From: a virus
Taxonomy: Duplodnaviria; Heunggongvirae; Uroviricota; Caudoviricetes
Length of the DNA stretch: 64,000 nt
Reading direction: 5' to 3' (one strand)
IMG/VR virus record: IMGVR_UViG_2823670853_000002
The position numbers and the translations under genes were made by a program. Of the stretch, positions 1-9,904 are shown piece after piece (the stretch's first letter is position 1; each line of letters begins with the position of its first letter). The notes beneath the pieces are model-generated. The model was not told the origin of the DNA. It saw nothing but the letters and a program-made list of their open reading frames with translations, and ran no database searches.

Positions 1-368
1 GTTTCTGTCAGAACAAAATAATCAGCAAGCCATGGGAAACGGCTGGTGGCAGTAGCCCAGTTTATCTTGATGTACTTGAATATACCGGTCATTACCTGCT
101 GAATTTTGTTCGCAACGATAATGGCACGGGCACCTGGATACATGATTATGAACAACATGATCATGATAGAAGTCATGTCTGATTTCCCGGTACCGTGACC
201 AGACGAAACAGATGTCTTGCTACCCTGTTCCTGCACAGACTCAATAATCAGATCCTGCTGCCAGGTAGGTGTTTTGCCGAACAAAACATCAGCGGCCGCA
301 ATCCAGTCATAACGATATAGCGCCACCAGCTCGCGCCAACGTGGATCCGTTACGCAACTTCTGGCCAT
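1..368 (-). CDS. pacB: Terminase large subunit PacB, N-terminal ~122 codons (gene runs off window start)
   Basis: Not in ORF track (no stop in window). Minus-strand ATG 368-366 overlaps pacA stop (TAATG). Hand translation [63 protein letters not shown] has Walker-A-like GHGTGKS. pacA-pacB synteny as in P1. Confidence 0.8.
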   Translation of the reverse strand, partial: MARSCVTDPRWRELVALYRYDWIAAADVLFGKTPTWQQDLIIESVQEQGSKTSVSSGHGTGKSDMTSIMIMLFIIMYPGARAIIVANKIQQVMTGIFKYIKINWATATSRFPWLADYFVLTE

Positions 369-1561
369 TAATCATCATCCCCGTATAGCTTGCGGGTAAC
401 TTCTTCGTCTTCCTCCTCGTCTTCGTCCAGGTCTTGTTCCAGCCATGGGTCGTTTGATACACCTTCAGTATCAACATCTCCATAACCGCCTGTATCAACG
501 ATATCGGCGATTTCTTCCCTACGCTGCTCAATCCACAATGCGGCATCGGCGCGGCGGTTGGCGGCCCGTTCTCGCGCAACTTTGTCCAGATCTTCAAGAG
601 AAGGGCCACCGACGGCTGTTTGCCTTTCCTCATCATCGGTATTGGTCTTAGGAGCACGCAGATCGGCTTTGATTTGCTCCAGCATCAGGGGCGGCACTTT
701 CCCGCCATGCGCCTCGATGAATTCAGCTGCTTCCAGCACTGACCAGTTATTTTCACGCTTTCGTTCGTATGCCAGCTTAACAATGCCAGCTTGCCCCATA
801 GACAAAGCGTGCTTTTCCGCCTCCCGGCTTTCTTTTCGATAGTTATTCCGGATGCTGTAAATGGTGTTGATCAGGCTGCTTATCTGCGCGGAACAGCTGT
901 TTAGCATGCTCGCGATACGGTATTCAGGCGGAGTACCTTCATCATCGTCTTTTTGCTGATCGCGCATTTCCTGCACCAGGCGAATACACGTATCCCTGGC
1001 GTTCTCCAGCATAAGGAGATGAGAAAGAGACTTTTCCAGAAGAGTGGTTTCCAGAACATCGGCCCCGGACCGACGCAACATAGCGCGCGCGGCCTTCCGC
1101 GCTTCAACGTTATCTATCAGGTAATCGCCAGCTTCGAATTCAAAGCGTTCACCATCATCATCCAGGGTGTCGCGTTCCAGGCGATCACGTAAGGTCCGGT
1201 GGGCGCGGGTGATCACGTCATGATCATCAGAACGATCATTTATGCGCTTATTCTGGCGCTTCGCGTTCTCGACTGCGGCACTGACAACAGCATTAACTCT
1301 TTGTTTTTCAGCCATTTCAGCCACAATGTGATCACCTGCACGTTGATCATTAGCGTGATCAATGATCATGCTTTTTAGTGGTTTTCTGACAGGCTTATTT
1401 GGCTTACGGCTGTCCGCTGTTCCGGTGTCTTCTTTGAATGCACGGAGATAACGACGTGCGGTGTTTGGGTTGAGATTAAACTCGGCGGCATATTGTGCGA
1501 TGGTGTAACCACCATCTCGCGCCAGGCGAGCAAAATTCTTCTTGTGATCGTCCCAGGTCAC
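368..1561 (-). CDS. pacA: Terminase small/recognition subunit PacA
   Basis: 397 aa; HTH-like N-terminus ([22 protein letters not shown]), acidic C-terminus; contains the 3+4 TGATCA hexamer clusters typical of the P1 pac site; followed by pacB. Confidence 0.8.
   Translation of the reverse strand: MTWDDHKKNFARLARDGGYTIAQYAAEFNLNPNTARRYLRAFKEDTGTADSRKPNKPVRKPLKSMIIDHANDQRAGDHIVAEMAEKQRVNAVVSAAVENAKRQNKRINDRSDDHDVITRAHRTLRDRLERDTLDDDGERFEFEAGDYLIDNVEARKAARAMLRRSGADVLETTLLEKSLSHLLMLENARDTCIRLVQEMRDQQKDDDEGTPPEYRIASMLNSCSAQISSLINTIYSIRNNYRKESREAEKHALSMGQAGIVKLAYERKRENNWSVLEAAEFIEAHGGKVPPLMLEQIKADLRAPKTNTDDEERQTAVGGPSLEDLDKVARERAANRRADAALWIEQRREEIADIVDTGGYGDVDTEGVSNDPWLEQDLDEDEEEDEEVTRKLYGDDD
1210..1368. 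other. pac packaging site (Dam-methylatable hexamer clusters)
   Basis: Three T/CGATCA elements at 1210, 1221, 1233 and four TGATCA elements at 1329, 1344, 1356, 1363. This matches the known P1 pac architecture of 7 hexamers over ~160 bp inside pacA. Confidence 0.75.
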
Positions 1562-1597
1562 TTATGCTTCCTTTCGTATAAAACTCTTTTTGACGCG

Positions 1598-1621
1598 AGG
1601 GTAACGAAAGTCACATGTCAA
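1598..1621 (-). promoter_or_regulatory. Late-promoter-like motif upstream of pacA
   Basis: Minus strand TTGACATGTGACTTTCGTTACCCT shares the ACAnGTGACT-N6-TAnnnT pattern seen before four other late operons in this window. Confidence 0.45.
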
Positions 1622-1647
1622 AAGGCCCGGAACGGGCAAGCAATCAA

Positions 1648-2100
1648 TCAGATACGTGCGGATGTGGCATTACCGTAATGACGGTGCTGACGGACCACCT
1701 TATTGAAAAGTTGACGCGCCATCACCCAAGGCTGGTGCTCCCGGCGTTCCTTTTCGTCCTGCGTCATATAGAGTTCGTTCTGGAGTTTTTCATCAAACCG
1801 GCGCGGAGCGCGGCTGCGGCGAAAGAATTCAGGATTCAGAGAGTGGATCTGAAATCTACGTGGGCGTGTACTGTCATCAATCAAAACAGACGAATACTTA
1901 GACACAGCGATAGCCTTTAAGCGCAGATAAACATCGCGCTTATCGACATCCAGATGCGGGTATTCCTTTTCAAGAATTGCTGCGAGTTCTTTCGCTGATA
2001 GAAGAGATTTAGTGCGGATCATGTAATCCGCAATCTCGTACGATGTTATTCGTGAGTGATTTATTTCCATGAAGTGGCGTCCCTGCCAGTTAAGTAACAT
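1648..2100 (-). CDS. lpa: Late promoter activator Lpa (gp10)
   Basis: 150-aa ORF immediately upstream of pacA and downstream of tandem C1-operator matches, as described for P1 gene 10. Confidence 0.7.
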   Translation of the reverse strand: MLLNWQGRHFMEINHSRITSYEIADYMIRTKSLLSAKELAAILEKEYPHLDVDKRDVYLRLKAIAVSKYSSVLIDDSTRPRRFQIHSLNPEFFRRSRAPRRFDEKLQNELYMTQDEKERREHQPWVMARQLFNKVVRQHRHYGNATSARI

Positions 2101-2157
2101 CCTGTCACCTACTGATTAGCCCATGTCAACTAATCAACGTCGAATATAATACCCTCG

Positions 2158-2187
2158 ATTAAATAAATAGCAATACATTAGAGCAAT
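2158..2187 (-). promoter_or_regulatory. Tandem C1-operator-like sites at the lpa promoter
   Basis: Minus strand ATTGCTCTAATGTATTG (2171-2187) and ATTGCTATTTATTTAAT (2158-2174), compared with the C1 consensus ATTGCTCTAATAAATTT; an ATTATATT -10-like sequence follows. Confidence 0.55.
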
Positions 2188-2188
2188 T

Positions 2189-3232
2189 TTATCTAACGCT
2201 CGACGAATGACTTGTGATAGCGCCGACTCCAAGCGCGTAATCAAAGAACAATCGTTGATGCATCGCCAGCCTACCGTGCGTCTTCTCCCAATTATCGCGG
2301 TCACGCTCAATATCACGCTGGCATGACTGGCACAGAGGAATAGCATAAATGTCATGCGCGCATAATCGACTATGACGAACGATATAAGGCGTAATGTGAG
2401 CGCCAGCTCCCGCAGCTCCACAGCCACAGCATGGACGGGAAGCCACAAAATCCATGTACTCGGGCAATTTTAGCGATTGAAGTTTTGGTATTTTGAAATG
2501 CGCCATGCCAGGGTCGGAGTCAACATCCACAGGGCATACTTTTGCACGCATCGGCGCGGCGCGTTCTTCCATCATCTGAACATATGCTGTAGCGCGATCG
2601 TCATACGGGCGAATATCCGCCTCTTTCAGAGTTCCGCTATCCTGCGTTGCGGCTTTCATCTTATTTATTGATATACGGCAAACTTCTTCCGGCATCAGGT
2701 GCATCATGTTGCGCATGAAAGCCCACCAGCACAGTTCCTGAATACTTAAATCATGGCCATCTGAAAGCCCCATTTCCTGACGGGCGACATCCAGTATCCA
2801 GTTAACGCGATTATTATGCAGCGTTTCTTTCAGCTCATTAAAACCACGCATCCGGTAATGGTTATCGTGATGCCAGCACAACAACACCGCGCTATTGTCT
2901 CGTTCAGCGTGGACAATATGGTTGTCACACCAACTACGATCTGCGGCCTGGCATTGCCCCTCTTTCCTGCGCAACCACGCCACCAGCGAGTCAATTCCAC
3001 CAATACGGCGAAACAGTTCATCGCTGTTAAAAAACGGCTGCAACGCCTCATTTGTTGCCATAGTTTGCTCGGAAACAACGAGGCCGTCGTCCATGTGCTC
3101 GATTAACTCACGCGGCACCGGCTCCATAATAAATTTACGGCCAGCCTCCACAAGCTTTCTGACCTCCTGATCCACTTTGAAAGTGGCGAGGCCAAGCTCT
3201 TTCTGTACAAATGGAGTAATTACGGCTTTCAC
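2189..3232 (-). CDS. pdcB: Post-doc protein, Cys-rich C-terminus (CCGCG...CAH...CQSC), function unknown
   Basis: 347-aa ORF between pdcA and lpa; Zn-ribbon/HNH-like Cys/His spacing in the last ~70 aa. Confidence 0.5.
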   Translation of the reverse strand: MKAVITPFVQKELGLATFKVDQEVRKLVEAGRKFIMEPVPRELIEHMDDGLVVSEQTMATNEALQPFFNSDELFRRIGGIDSLVAWLRRKEGQCQAADRSWCDNHIVHAERDNSAVLLCWHHDNHYRMRGFNELKETLHNNRVNWILDVARQEMGLSDGHDLSIQELCWWAFMRNMMHLMPEEVCRISINKMKAATQDSGTLKEADIRPYDDRATAYVQMMEERAAPMRAKVCPVDVDSDPGMAHFKIPKLQSLKLPEYMDFVASRPCCGCGAAGAGAHITPYIVRHSRLCAHDIYAIPLCQSCQRDIERDRDNWEKTHGRLAMHQRLFFDYALGVGAITSHSSSVR

Positions 3233-3259
3233 ATCACACCTTTAATCACTGATTGGGCT

Positions 3260-3439
3260 TTATCTGCTGCCCGGCATTCTCTGTTTAAGCACAACCATTT
3301 CCTGACGGCATAACACAGCAATAGCTGTCCTGGCACCAATTTGCTTACCAACCAGGTATTGCTTTACCTTGCGGCGACTCACGCCATCAAGAAGCATCTT
3401 TAACGCTTCACGGGACAACTTGTTGTATTTACGTGCCAT
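3260..3439 (-). CDS. pdcA: Small basic protein downstream of doc
   Basis: Likely start MARKYNKLSREALK (ATG 3439), 5 nt after the doc stop; 59 aa. Confidence 0.45.
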   Translation of the reverse strand: MARKYNKLSREALKMLLDGVSRRKVKQYLVGKQIGARTAIAVLCRQEMVVLKQRMPGSR

Positions 3440-3443
3440 TAAT

Positions 3444-3824
3444 CTACTCCGCAGAACCATACAATCTACGTAACGTGTCGGCGACAGAAGATACAGATAT
3501 CTCGCCAGTCGCAGCGCCTACGGTAAGGTCTGCCAGTTCAGGTGAATCAAATACCTGCACCCCGTTACGGCGTAGAAATAGAAGCGCACTGTTTAGCGCG
3601 GTACGCTTATTGGCATCATTGAATATATGCCCTCTCGCTGTAGCCACCAGGTAGGTGGCGGAGACTTCGAAAAGGTCGGTGATCTCTTCGTAGGCAACTC
3701 TGGCCTGAACTCTCCCGATAATGGCCTCTGCCCTACCCGGATCAGACATTCCCGGCAGGCCGCCGTAGCGGCTTATATTCGCATCATGAAGCGCAATAAG
3801 TTCTTCCGGTGATATATGCCTCAT
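3444..3824 (-). CDS. doc: Doc toxin (Fic-fold kinase) of the phd-doc addiction module
   Basis: 126 aa, [39 protein letters not shown]...[12 protein letters not shown] matches my recollection of P1 Doc, including the Fic-like HxFxDANKR motif. Confidence 0.95.
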
Positions 3825-4045
3825 TATCGGTTAACCAGTTCCTTGTTGGTGGAGTCCAGGGTGTCAAACAGGGATGCAAATTCAGCATCCAGCGCCGCTT
3901 TTTTGTAGGCTTCGAAAGTAGCCTTGCTGACAATTACTGCTGGCTCACGGCCTCTGCGGGTGATTTCAACCTCTTCCCCGGCTTCAACATTGTTGAGCAC
4001 TTCAGAAAGGTTGCCGCGCGCGGTACGGAAGTTAATGGATTGCAT
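3824..4045 (-). CDS. phd: Phd antitoxin
   Basis: Start at [39 protein letters not shown] (73 aa) with GAGG RBS; stop overlaps the doc ATG. Confidence 0.95.
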
Positions 4046-4053
4046 AAACACCT

Positions 4054-4082
4054 CGTGTACTCGTTATGTGTACACAATTATA
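4054..4082 (-). promoter_or_regulatory. phd-doc promoter/operator
   Basis: Minus strand TATAAT followed by TGTGTACACATAACGAGTACACGAGG, i.e. two GTACAC-centred palindromic half-operators directly upstream of phd. Confidence 0.6.
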
Positions 4083-4117
4083 AACTTCACAGGCATAAAG
4101 CACCAGCACTTTGCAGC

Positions 4118-4507
4118 TTAAATGACCGGACAATCATCAAACTCCCCACTCCGGGCATCATTGATGACATGAGTGATCACACCAAAAACAGCATTACTGC
4201 CCGTGTATCCATCGTCATCTACTGGTAACGCCTCTTTCTTCCCGGTGCTTAAATCCTCCAGGTGCTGGCGCGGATACTTCCTGTATCTCTTTATGCGATA
4301 TTCACCCTCCATAGCGCACACAAGCAGAGAACCATCAACCGGAGTAAGCGAGGAATCAACCACCAGCAAAGCACCCTGCAATATTCCCTCACGGTGATGG
4401 CTGTCTGCCGCCCGCATGAAGTAGGTCGCTGATGGATGCCTGATTAGTTGCTGATCAAGAGAAATTCTGCTTTCAACATAATCCGCCGCAGGAGAAGGGA
4501 AGCCCAT
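4118..4507 (-). CDS. humD: UmuD'-like SOS mutagenesis protein HumD
   Basis: 129 aa lacking the LexA-type cleavage N-terminus; S24 peptidase-like core; LexA box directly upstream. Confidence 0.85.
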   Translation of the reverse strand: MGFPSPAADYVESRISLDQQLIRHPSATYFMRAADSHHREGILQGALLVVDSSLTPVDGSLLVCAMEGEYRIKRYRKYPRQHLEDLSTGKKEALPVDDDGYTGSNAVFGVITHVINDARSGEFDDCPVI

Positions 4508-4526
4508 AGCGTTTTCACCTCAATAA

Positions 4527-4546
4527 TACTGTTCATTTATACAGTA
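4527..4546. promoter_or_regulatory. LexA (SOS) box between divergent humD and lxr
   Basis: TACTGTTCATTTATACAGTA fits CTG-N10-CAG with TA-rich spacer. Confidence 0.8.
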
Positions 4547-4681
4547 TACATTAAAGAGACACCTTTGGTGCAAACGCGTTACGTACATCAACCACCGCTG
4601 ATGATTTTGTGCTCTTTGCTACTATTCATCACCAACGGATCAGCGTAACCTCGTTGCCAATCAGTTAATAAGGAATTAGCT

Positions 4682-5254
4682 ATGCCTAATCGCATTCCTC
4701 TCGATCCTGTATTGCCCAAAAATTTTGACTGCACTCCTAACGAGAAACGCTCTAAAGCTCAGCTGGACGCCTGGTGGGACCATCCCTATGGGGTTACAGA
4801 ACATGACGGGAAAATTGTTGTTTATTGTCTGAATGGTGGCGCGTGGGACCGTCCATCCGTGCTTGGTTTGGCAAATAACTATGATGAAGCCTGTGAACTT
4901 GCCGAAAGACAGCAGGCTAGATGGGTGAAAACACGGTCACAGCCGACATTCATGTTTTCAAAAGAACCGCCATTTATACTGGCGAGGATGCCGCAGCGAC
5001 CGGATCATCAACAAGAAATTGTTGCTGAATTTTCCTCAAGGGATGAGATGAATCTCTTCTCATTAAAGCAGGAAGAAAGGGAGCGCGTCGAAGTGTCTCC
5101 AACTCTCGACCACAACCGGATGAACCTGGCCCAACTCGCCTGGTACAGCAAAGAATTAGAGATGTCTATTGCCCGACTTGAAAACGAAAAAGCCGCTATC
5201 CAAGCCCAGCATGAAGCTGTCATTGCCAGGATACGAGAAGTTCAAAACGGTTAA
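4682..5254 (+). CDS. lxr: LexA-regulated protein, function unknown, coiled-coil C-terminus
   Basis: 190-aa ORF divergent from humD across the SOS box; P1 map position of lxr by recollection. Confidence 0.5.
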   Translation: MPNRIPLDPVLPKNFDCTPNEKRSKAQLDAWWDHPYGVTEHDGKIVVYCLNGGAWDRPSVLGLANNYDEACELAERQQARWVKTRSQPTFMFSKEPPFILARMPQRPDHQQEIVAEFSSRDEMNLFSLKQEERERVEVSPTLDHNRMNLAQLAWYSKELEMSIARLENEKAAIQAQHEAVIARIREVQNG

Positions 5255-5260
5255 CTACCG

Positions 5261-5512
5261 CTATTTCTTTACGGCATCATCTTTCTGATATGCCGGATCG
5301 CTCCCTTTTGGCAACTGGAGGCTTAACTGCCGGTAGTGCCGTAGCCGTTCCATGAAATAGGTGCGCAGATTCTCTGGTTGCTCGCGGGCTACCTGTTCAG
5401 CTATGACAGGTATGTTCAATCGCTCTTTGTACGCCACACCGCTGGCAGCCAGATCAACGTTAACCTTATCCCGTTCTTCCTGACTTTTAGCTGCAATATT
5501 CCAATCGTACAT
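5261..5512 (-). CDS. hot: Hot, homolog of DNA polymerase III theta subunit (HolE)
   Basis: [39 protein letters not shown] parallels E. coli theta [39 protein letters not shown]; start taken at MYDWN (83 aa). Confidence 0.85.
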   Translation of the reverse strand: MYDWNIAAKSQEERDKVNVDLAASGVAYKERLNIPVIAEQVAREQPENLRTYFMERLRHYRQLSLQLPKGSDPAYQKDDAVKK

Positions 5513-5961
5513 ATCAAATCCCATCCAGAATAATTGAGTAACGACTATTATTTAACCAGCAAAGTAACTTTTAATTTTTTTTCTTCTCCCATTGATTTTT
5601 GTGCACAGCTTATCTGCCTTGCCGTGCGCAGAATCAACTTTTTTCTTCCTGATTTATCCACAAAGTTATGCACTTGCAAGAGGGCCATTTTCTAAATATT
5701 GTGATGTTTCACAAATGAAATGAATTTTGATTAATGAAGATAAGGAGAAAATTTGAGATGCAATCATGACGTTAATAGATAGGGTCTGCATTACAGACCC
5801 CATCCGCATCAAGGAATTAGCCGTTCCCTGATGTTGTTCCGAAAACATGTGCCGTAAGCTCACGTTAACGACTTTCTTTCACCGAATCCAACTATATAGG
5901 GGTTGGGTTTCTACGTCAACGTGAGCAAGTGCTCCTTTACATTTGACAAGGAACCACCTTA

Positions 5962-6099
5962 ATGACTGCTTTTTTTCAGTTCCTGAGTGCATTTTTAGAT
6001 GCGCCTGTTATTAGCCAGATTCTGGCGATCATCCTCATCATCGTTTTGATATTGCTTTTAAGGTCAGTAAAAAATGGAATTATGCACTGGCTTACTTAA
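5962..6099 (+). CDS. Candidate 45-aa hydrophobic peptide (below ORF-track cutoff)
   Basis: Hand translation MTAFFQFLSAFLDAPVISQILAIILIIVLILLLRSVKNGIMHWLT; AAGGAA 8-9 nt upstream; single TM segment then a basic tail. Confidence 0.3.
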   Translation: MTAFFQFLSAFLDAPVISQILAIILIIVLILLLRSVKNGIMHWLT

Positions 6100-6173
6100 T
6101 GTTCAGTGAAACATTAAAATCTCCTTGATGTGGAAACAATCATTTTCTGTATGTGCTGGTGGGTACCTGTAGT

Positions 6174-6536
6174 TCAGCTTTCGTTGGCATTTAACTTCGT
6201 CTTTGCTTTCTCCACCAGCAACTTCCAGATGCCTATTTCATTAGCAGCCGCCTTGATGGCGGCATAAAAAGCATCTTGCTGATCGTAACGCTGAATCTGT
6301 TTTTTCAGTTTTACCTCCACCAATTTAATTTCATTACGTGCTTTCTGAAGCCGCAGCGCCGCCCGGTTACGTCTGTTCTTGTATAGCGCGTTAATCTCTG
6401 ACAATTGCTTTAATTTACCAGCCTGACTGCGGATTATCGCCTCTCTGACTTCTGCCGTGCGTCTCATCTGATCTCTTAAGAGTTCACCGTTTTCGATAAT
6501 TCTTTCAAGGTGTTTGATGTGATCTGCAACTCTCAT
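6174..6536 (-). CDS. Hypothetical coiled-coil protein
   Basis: 120-aa ORF; stop/start overlap with upstream gene; heptad-rich K/E/R sequence. Confidence 0.6.
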   Translation of the reverse strand: MRVADHIKHLERIIENGELLRDQMRRTAEVREAIIRSQAGKLKQLSEINALYKNRRNRAALRLQKARNEIKLVEVKLKKQIQRYDQQDAFYAAIKAAANEIGIWKLLVEKAKTKLNANES

Positions 6537-7177
6537 ACTTCACCCTCGCTTGTATCGCCAGCATCCACCAGCGGCAATAAAGCCCTGGCCATCTTATGAA
6601 CCAATAGTGCATCAATAATGCCAAGCGTATGCCCCGGCTTAATGTTTAATGCCGCCTCAAGGTGACACCTTTCCAAGCCACTTTTCTCGGCTTGTTTATG
6701 ATGATCTGGCGTAATAACGTCGCCCAAAACACGGCTAATTCTTTCTCGTAATTGCTGGGTGCCCGCACACTTGATCGCTGTATCGTGGAGACGGTTAACC
6801 AGTTCGCGATAAACATGCGGTTTAATGCGGATACGTTCACCGGTGACGCCCTTTCCTGGCCCTGGCACCGAACTATCCGGAATATCCGGATAGTTGCCAG
6901 CCTCGTAAGCTACCCGCAGCCAGTGCATGAATGTTTCAGTGGACACACAACCACAGTCCACATCGATTTTCCCGCGTTGCTGTTCCAGCCACTGCTCAAA
7001 ATTCAATCTACACGTATTACTTTCATGTTGCTCTTTTTGTCTCAAGGCCAGCATCTGCTGGGCTATTTCCAATACTTCATCTGCCGTATATCCAGCACCG
7101 TGACCATACATTTCGATACGGGAAATAATCTCTGATATACGCTCTTCAGTGATTCTGGTCATTTCTTTTTGCGCCAT
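6533..7177 (-). CDS. Hypothetical protein
   Basis: 214-aa ORF in tightly coupled minus-strand operon. Confidence 0.6.
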   Translation of the reverse strand: MAQKEMTRITEERISEIISRIEMYGHGAGYTADEVLEIAQQMLALRQKEQHESNTCRLNFEQWLEQQRGKIDVDCGCVSTETFMHWLRVAYEAGNYPDIPDSSVPGPGKGVTGERIRIKPHVYRELVNRLHDTAIKCAGTQQLRERISRVLGDVITPDHHKQAEKSGLERCHLEAALNIKPGHTLGIIDALLVHKMARALLPLVDAGDTSEGEV

Positions 7178-7533
7178 TTCTTTTCACATTCCTTAATCCA
7201 TTTTTCAATGTTCATTTTGGCAATATCAGTCATTCCATCACCTAAGAAATACTTTTTCCGGTATGTCTTGCACTTAAACCACACTACAACAGCCACCAGC
7301 CAGAAAATAAAAGGCCATACAGCAATACCAACGACAGCCGCGATAAAGCCCAATAGCCATAAATGAAGCTCTCCAACTTCTGTTTCCGGCAATATTCTTA
7401 AAGAATTAAACAGCAGGCTGAACGAATGGTCGTATGCATTGGCAGTATAAGACATGCAATCCATATAATTAAAGTCATAGCCTGCGGCTGCCGCCCATAA
7501 TGGGCGGTCAAGAAAATGTTTTAGTGTCATCAT
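7159..7533 (-). CDS. Hypothetical membrane protein (2 TM)
   Basis: 124 aa; LHLWLLGFIAAVVGIAVWPFIFWLVAVVVWF hydrophobic hairpin. Confidence 0.6.
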   Translation of the reverse strand: MMTLKHFLDRPLWAAAAGYDFNYMDCMSYTANAYDHSFSLLFNSLRILPETEVGELHLWLLGFIAAVVGIAVWPFIFWLVAVVVWFKCKTYRKKYFLGDGMTDIAKMNIEKWIKECEKKWRKKK

Positions 7534-7539
7534 ATAAAT

Positions 7540-7833
7540 TTAAGGTTCAGACCAGTTATCTTCAATAGCAATGCTTAATCTTTGTAGCCATTCTGCTAAT
7601 TTCAGCATTGCTTCTCTTTCGCTTAAACCACGAGGAAAATCATCAAGCGAAATTGTTGGCTTGAAGCCCCCGTAATTATCCATTTCAACTGTCAGATTTT
7701 GTTCCAGCACGGTATTTCTTACGCGGCTATTGTGCCGGAGCAAATATACTGAGCGTGATTTATTGGTTTTGTGGTCTAGCTTATATTCGGTAAGTATCAT
7801 CTGGCTTTTGCCATGATTATTACCTCTCCACAT
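7540..7833 (-). CDS. Hypothetical protein (start revised to MWRGNNHGK)
   Basis: GAGG RBS before the internal ATG at 7833; the longer track ORF overlaps a better small ORF upstream. Confidence 0.5.
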   Translation of the reverse strand: MWRGNNHGKSQMILTEYKLDHKTNKSRSVYLLRHNSRVRNTVLEQNLTVEMDNYGGFKPTISLDDFPRGLSEREAMLKLAEWLQRLSIAIEDNWSEP

Positions 7834-7840
7834 ACTTACC

Positions 7841-7963
7841 TCACTTAATAAAACAACTCCATGCGTAGTTGATGATTTTTTCCCACGTAATATAAATCTG
7901 CACTCCGGCAGTAAAACCAAAGCCAACAATTGCTGAAAAAATCAAAACATTTACTTTTGACAT
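7841..7963 (-). CDS. Candidate 40-aa membrane peptide
   Basis: Hand translation MSKVNVLIFSAIVGFGFTAGVQIYITWEKIINYAWSCFIK; ends 5 nt before the next gene start. Confidence 0.35.
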   Translation of the reverse strand: MSKVNVLIFSAIVGFGFTAGVQIYITWEKIINYAWSCFIK

Positions 7964-8011
7964 TATAAATTTTCTCTCGGTGTCGTAGGTGATAGCACCA
8001 TAATTGATAAT

Positions 8012-8245
8012 TTAGTGAGTTAGCAGTTCCATTTTTTGGATGATTTCCGCATGAGCATCATCGTTATCAACACTTAACTCGTTTAATGCCTCTCGCACTA
8101 CATCAACTTCTTCTGGTTGGAAGAAGTCATCTCGGTAGTCACCAAATAGAACCGAAACAAGCCTGCCACCAGCAACATCAAGATTGGCGCTAACAGGTGG
8201 CTCTTTACCATCCTCAAATTCGACTACAAAAGTTAATTTTCCCAT
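8012..8245 (-). CDS. Hypothetical acidic protein
   Basis: Start taken at MGKLTFVVEFEDG, just after the stop of the 27-aa peptide. Confidence 0.55.
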   Translation of the reverse strand: MGKLTFVVEFEDGKEPPVSANLDVAGGRLVSVLFGDYRDDFFQPEEVDVVREALNELSVDNDDAHAEIIQKMELLTH

Positions 8246-8247
8246 CG

Positions 8248-8331
8248 TTACCACCAGCGACAAATTGAATACAAACCCAGTGCTGCCGCCATCACAATTC
8301 CTACCGTTGCGAATGCTTCAGGCCAGCTCAT
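8248..8331 (-). CDS. Candidate 27-aa membrane peptide
   Basis: MSWPEAFATVGIVMAAALGLYSICRWW; ATG overlaps upstream stop (TAATG). Confidence 0.3.
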   Translation of the reverse strand: MSWPEAFATVGIVMAAALGLYSICRWW

Positions 8332-8591
8332 TATCTCACCTCCAGTCTCCATACCGCCTGACCAATCCGGCTGGCATGGGTATCTTTGGATACTGTTCCA
8401 TCTTTAGCCATCTCCATAAGAATTTTGCGCAAATCTGCCGAACGCCATTCTTCATCAGGAAATTCCTTCTCCATTGCCAACCGCAGATTCCAGGTTGCCA
8501 TCCTGAATGGATATTCCCCGCCGAGAGCTTTATCTTGCAGGGCAGCCCGGGAACGCATCACCTGCAAAACCTTCTCTTTTACATCCATCAT
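8331..8591 (-). CDS. Hypothetical protein
   Basis: Start at MMDVKEKVLQ with AGGAGG RBS and ATGA overlap with upstream gene; 86 aa. Confidence 0.55.
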   Translation of the reverse strand: MMDVKEKVLQVMRSRAALQDKALGGEYPFRMATWNLRLAMEKEFPDEEWRSADLRKILMEMAKDGTVSKDTHASRIGQAVWRLEVR

Positions 8592-9391
8592 TTCGCCTCC
8601 TGCGGCGGTTCTGGTAGCGGCATCCAGTACAAGGCGTTCCCTAACCACGATAAAGTGCCGTCGCTCAACTCCACGTATTCCCCTTGTACCTGTCCTGCCA
8701 TATACTCGCCGTGCTTTGAATAAATTAAAATCCAATCATCTTGAGCGGGCATTCGCTCACTACAGCTTATCCAACCATCCGGAGTTACCGGATAGTTGCC
8801 ATTCACAAGGTCAGCTCGAACATATAGCGTGTCATCATGGTGCTGATTGTGGCTGCACCACGTTAATTCGCTTAACTCGCCATCTTCTGGCCATACTCCA
8901 GCTGTTTGCAGCCAGATATGGGCTGGCGCATCTTGGCAAGGTGTATTAACTGGCAACTTGTAAGTTTGGCTTACAGGTTGGCTACCCTGAAGCATGGCAG
9001 CGTGGCAGGCATCCTCAACGTTCTTCACTGCATCTGCGCAGTAGTTATAGCGATTGCATTCCACTAATTTCTGCTTGAGGTTTTCAATTGCTAACTCGAT
9101 TTCATCCGGCACTACCGGCTCTGGTTGGATAGTGACGTTGGCAAAGGCAGCACGCAAACCGGCCTTAATTTCCTCTACTTCATCAGCGCCTAGCGATGAA
9201 TCTGACAATGCGTGATGGAATGCGTAAGCCATGTCGTCGTTTACTGCAACCGGTTCTGCTTCCAGCGATGCCAGAGCAATTCGTGCCAGTTCTTCCGCTT
9301 CTTCTGCTGGCAGTACAACGTTGCTACCAGGTCCGTATGTTTCGCGCCACTGCTTGATTGTCAGCAGTCGCTCTTTGGTAATAGTGATCAT
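8588..9391 (-). CDS. DUF551-like C-terminal domain protein
   Basis: 267 aa; C-terminus WISCSERMPAQDDWILIYSKHGEYMAGQ...ALYWMPLPEPP resembles the prophage DUF551 pattern. Confidence 0.55.
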   Translation of the reverse strand: MITITKERLLTIKQWRETYGPGSNVVLPAEEAEELARIALASLEAEPVAVNDDMAYAFHHALSDSSLGADEVEEIKAGLRAAFANVTIQPEPVVPDEIELAIENLKQKLVECNRYNYCADAVKNVEDACHAAMLQGSQPVSQTYKLPVNTPCQDAPAHIWLQTAGVWPEDGELSELTWCSHNQHHDDTLYVRADLVNGNYPVTPDGWISCSERMPAQDDWILIYSKHGEYMAGQVQGEYVELSDGTLSWLGNALYWMPLPEPPQEAK

Positions 9392-9903
9392 GCCGCGTTT
9401 CCTTCTTTCTTATTAACAATTACACCGTCATATATTTCATTAAGGTGCCCTCTCAACTCCATGCGCCTTAATGCAGATAACATGTAATCGCATTCAACCT
9501 GCTTATTTCCAGTAAATGGCTTATCGTCAGGATTACCCCAACAGCAATTACCCTTGGGCCACCCATGTACTTTCCGTACTCTTCCGTTAACAACGTGAAG
9601 TAATCCCCAGCCAGGTGGTAAATCCTCAACTGAAATAATTCCCGGCTCACTAATAAAGAATCGCCAGTCGCCCATTCCAAGAGATGGATTTTTACGAAAA
9701 CGCTTTTTCCTATCTGCCAACAAGTCAGCACGAGAACACTTCGCCTCTATCAGGCATGATGCTGAATTTCTGAATCCCATAGCATCTGGCTGTTCTCCGG
9801 TACTGGTTACAGCTATAAAGCGGTCATGAAAACAAACCTTGAACCCGTTGCGCTTAAGGAACTTATACGCAATCTGACAGAGTTCGCGGTGTGTTAACGC
9901 CAT
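9388..9903 (-). CDS. PD-(D/E)xK nuclease-like protein
   Basis: Start MALTHRELCQIAYKFLK; PDAMGF...CLIEAKCSRAD fits a D...ExK restriction-endonuclease-like core. Confidence 0.45.
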   Translation of the reverse strand: MALTHRELCQIAYKFLKRNGFKVCFHDRFIAVTSTGEQPDAMGFRNSASCLIEAKCSRADLLADRKKRFRKNPSLGMGDWRFFISEPGIISVEDLPPGWGLLHVVNGRVRKVHGWPKGNCCWGNPDDKPFTGNKQVECDYMLSALRRMELRGHLNEIYDGVIVNKKEGNAA

Positions 9904-9904
9904 A

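Noticed and set aside
307-1192. Several 60-116-aa ORFs on both strands inside pacA (307..657, 445..651, 558..842, 901..1107, 953..1192).
   Set aside because: They are fully nested in or antisense to the long pacA frame, with no RBS or operon logic. This is typical shadow-ORF behaviour.
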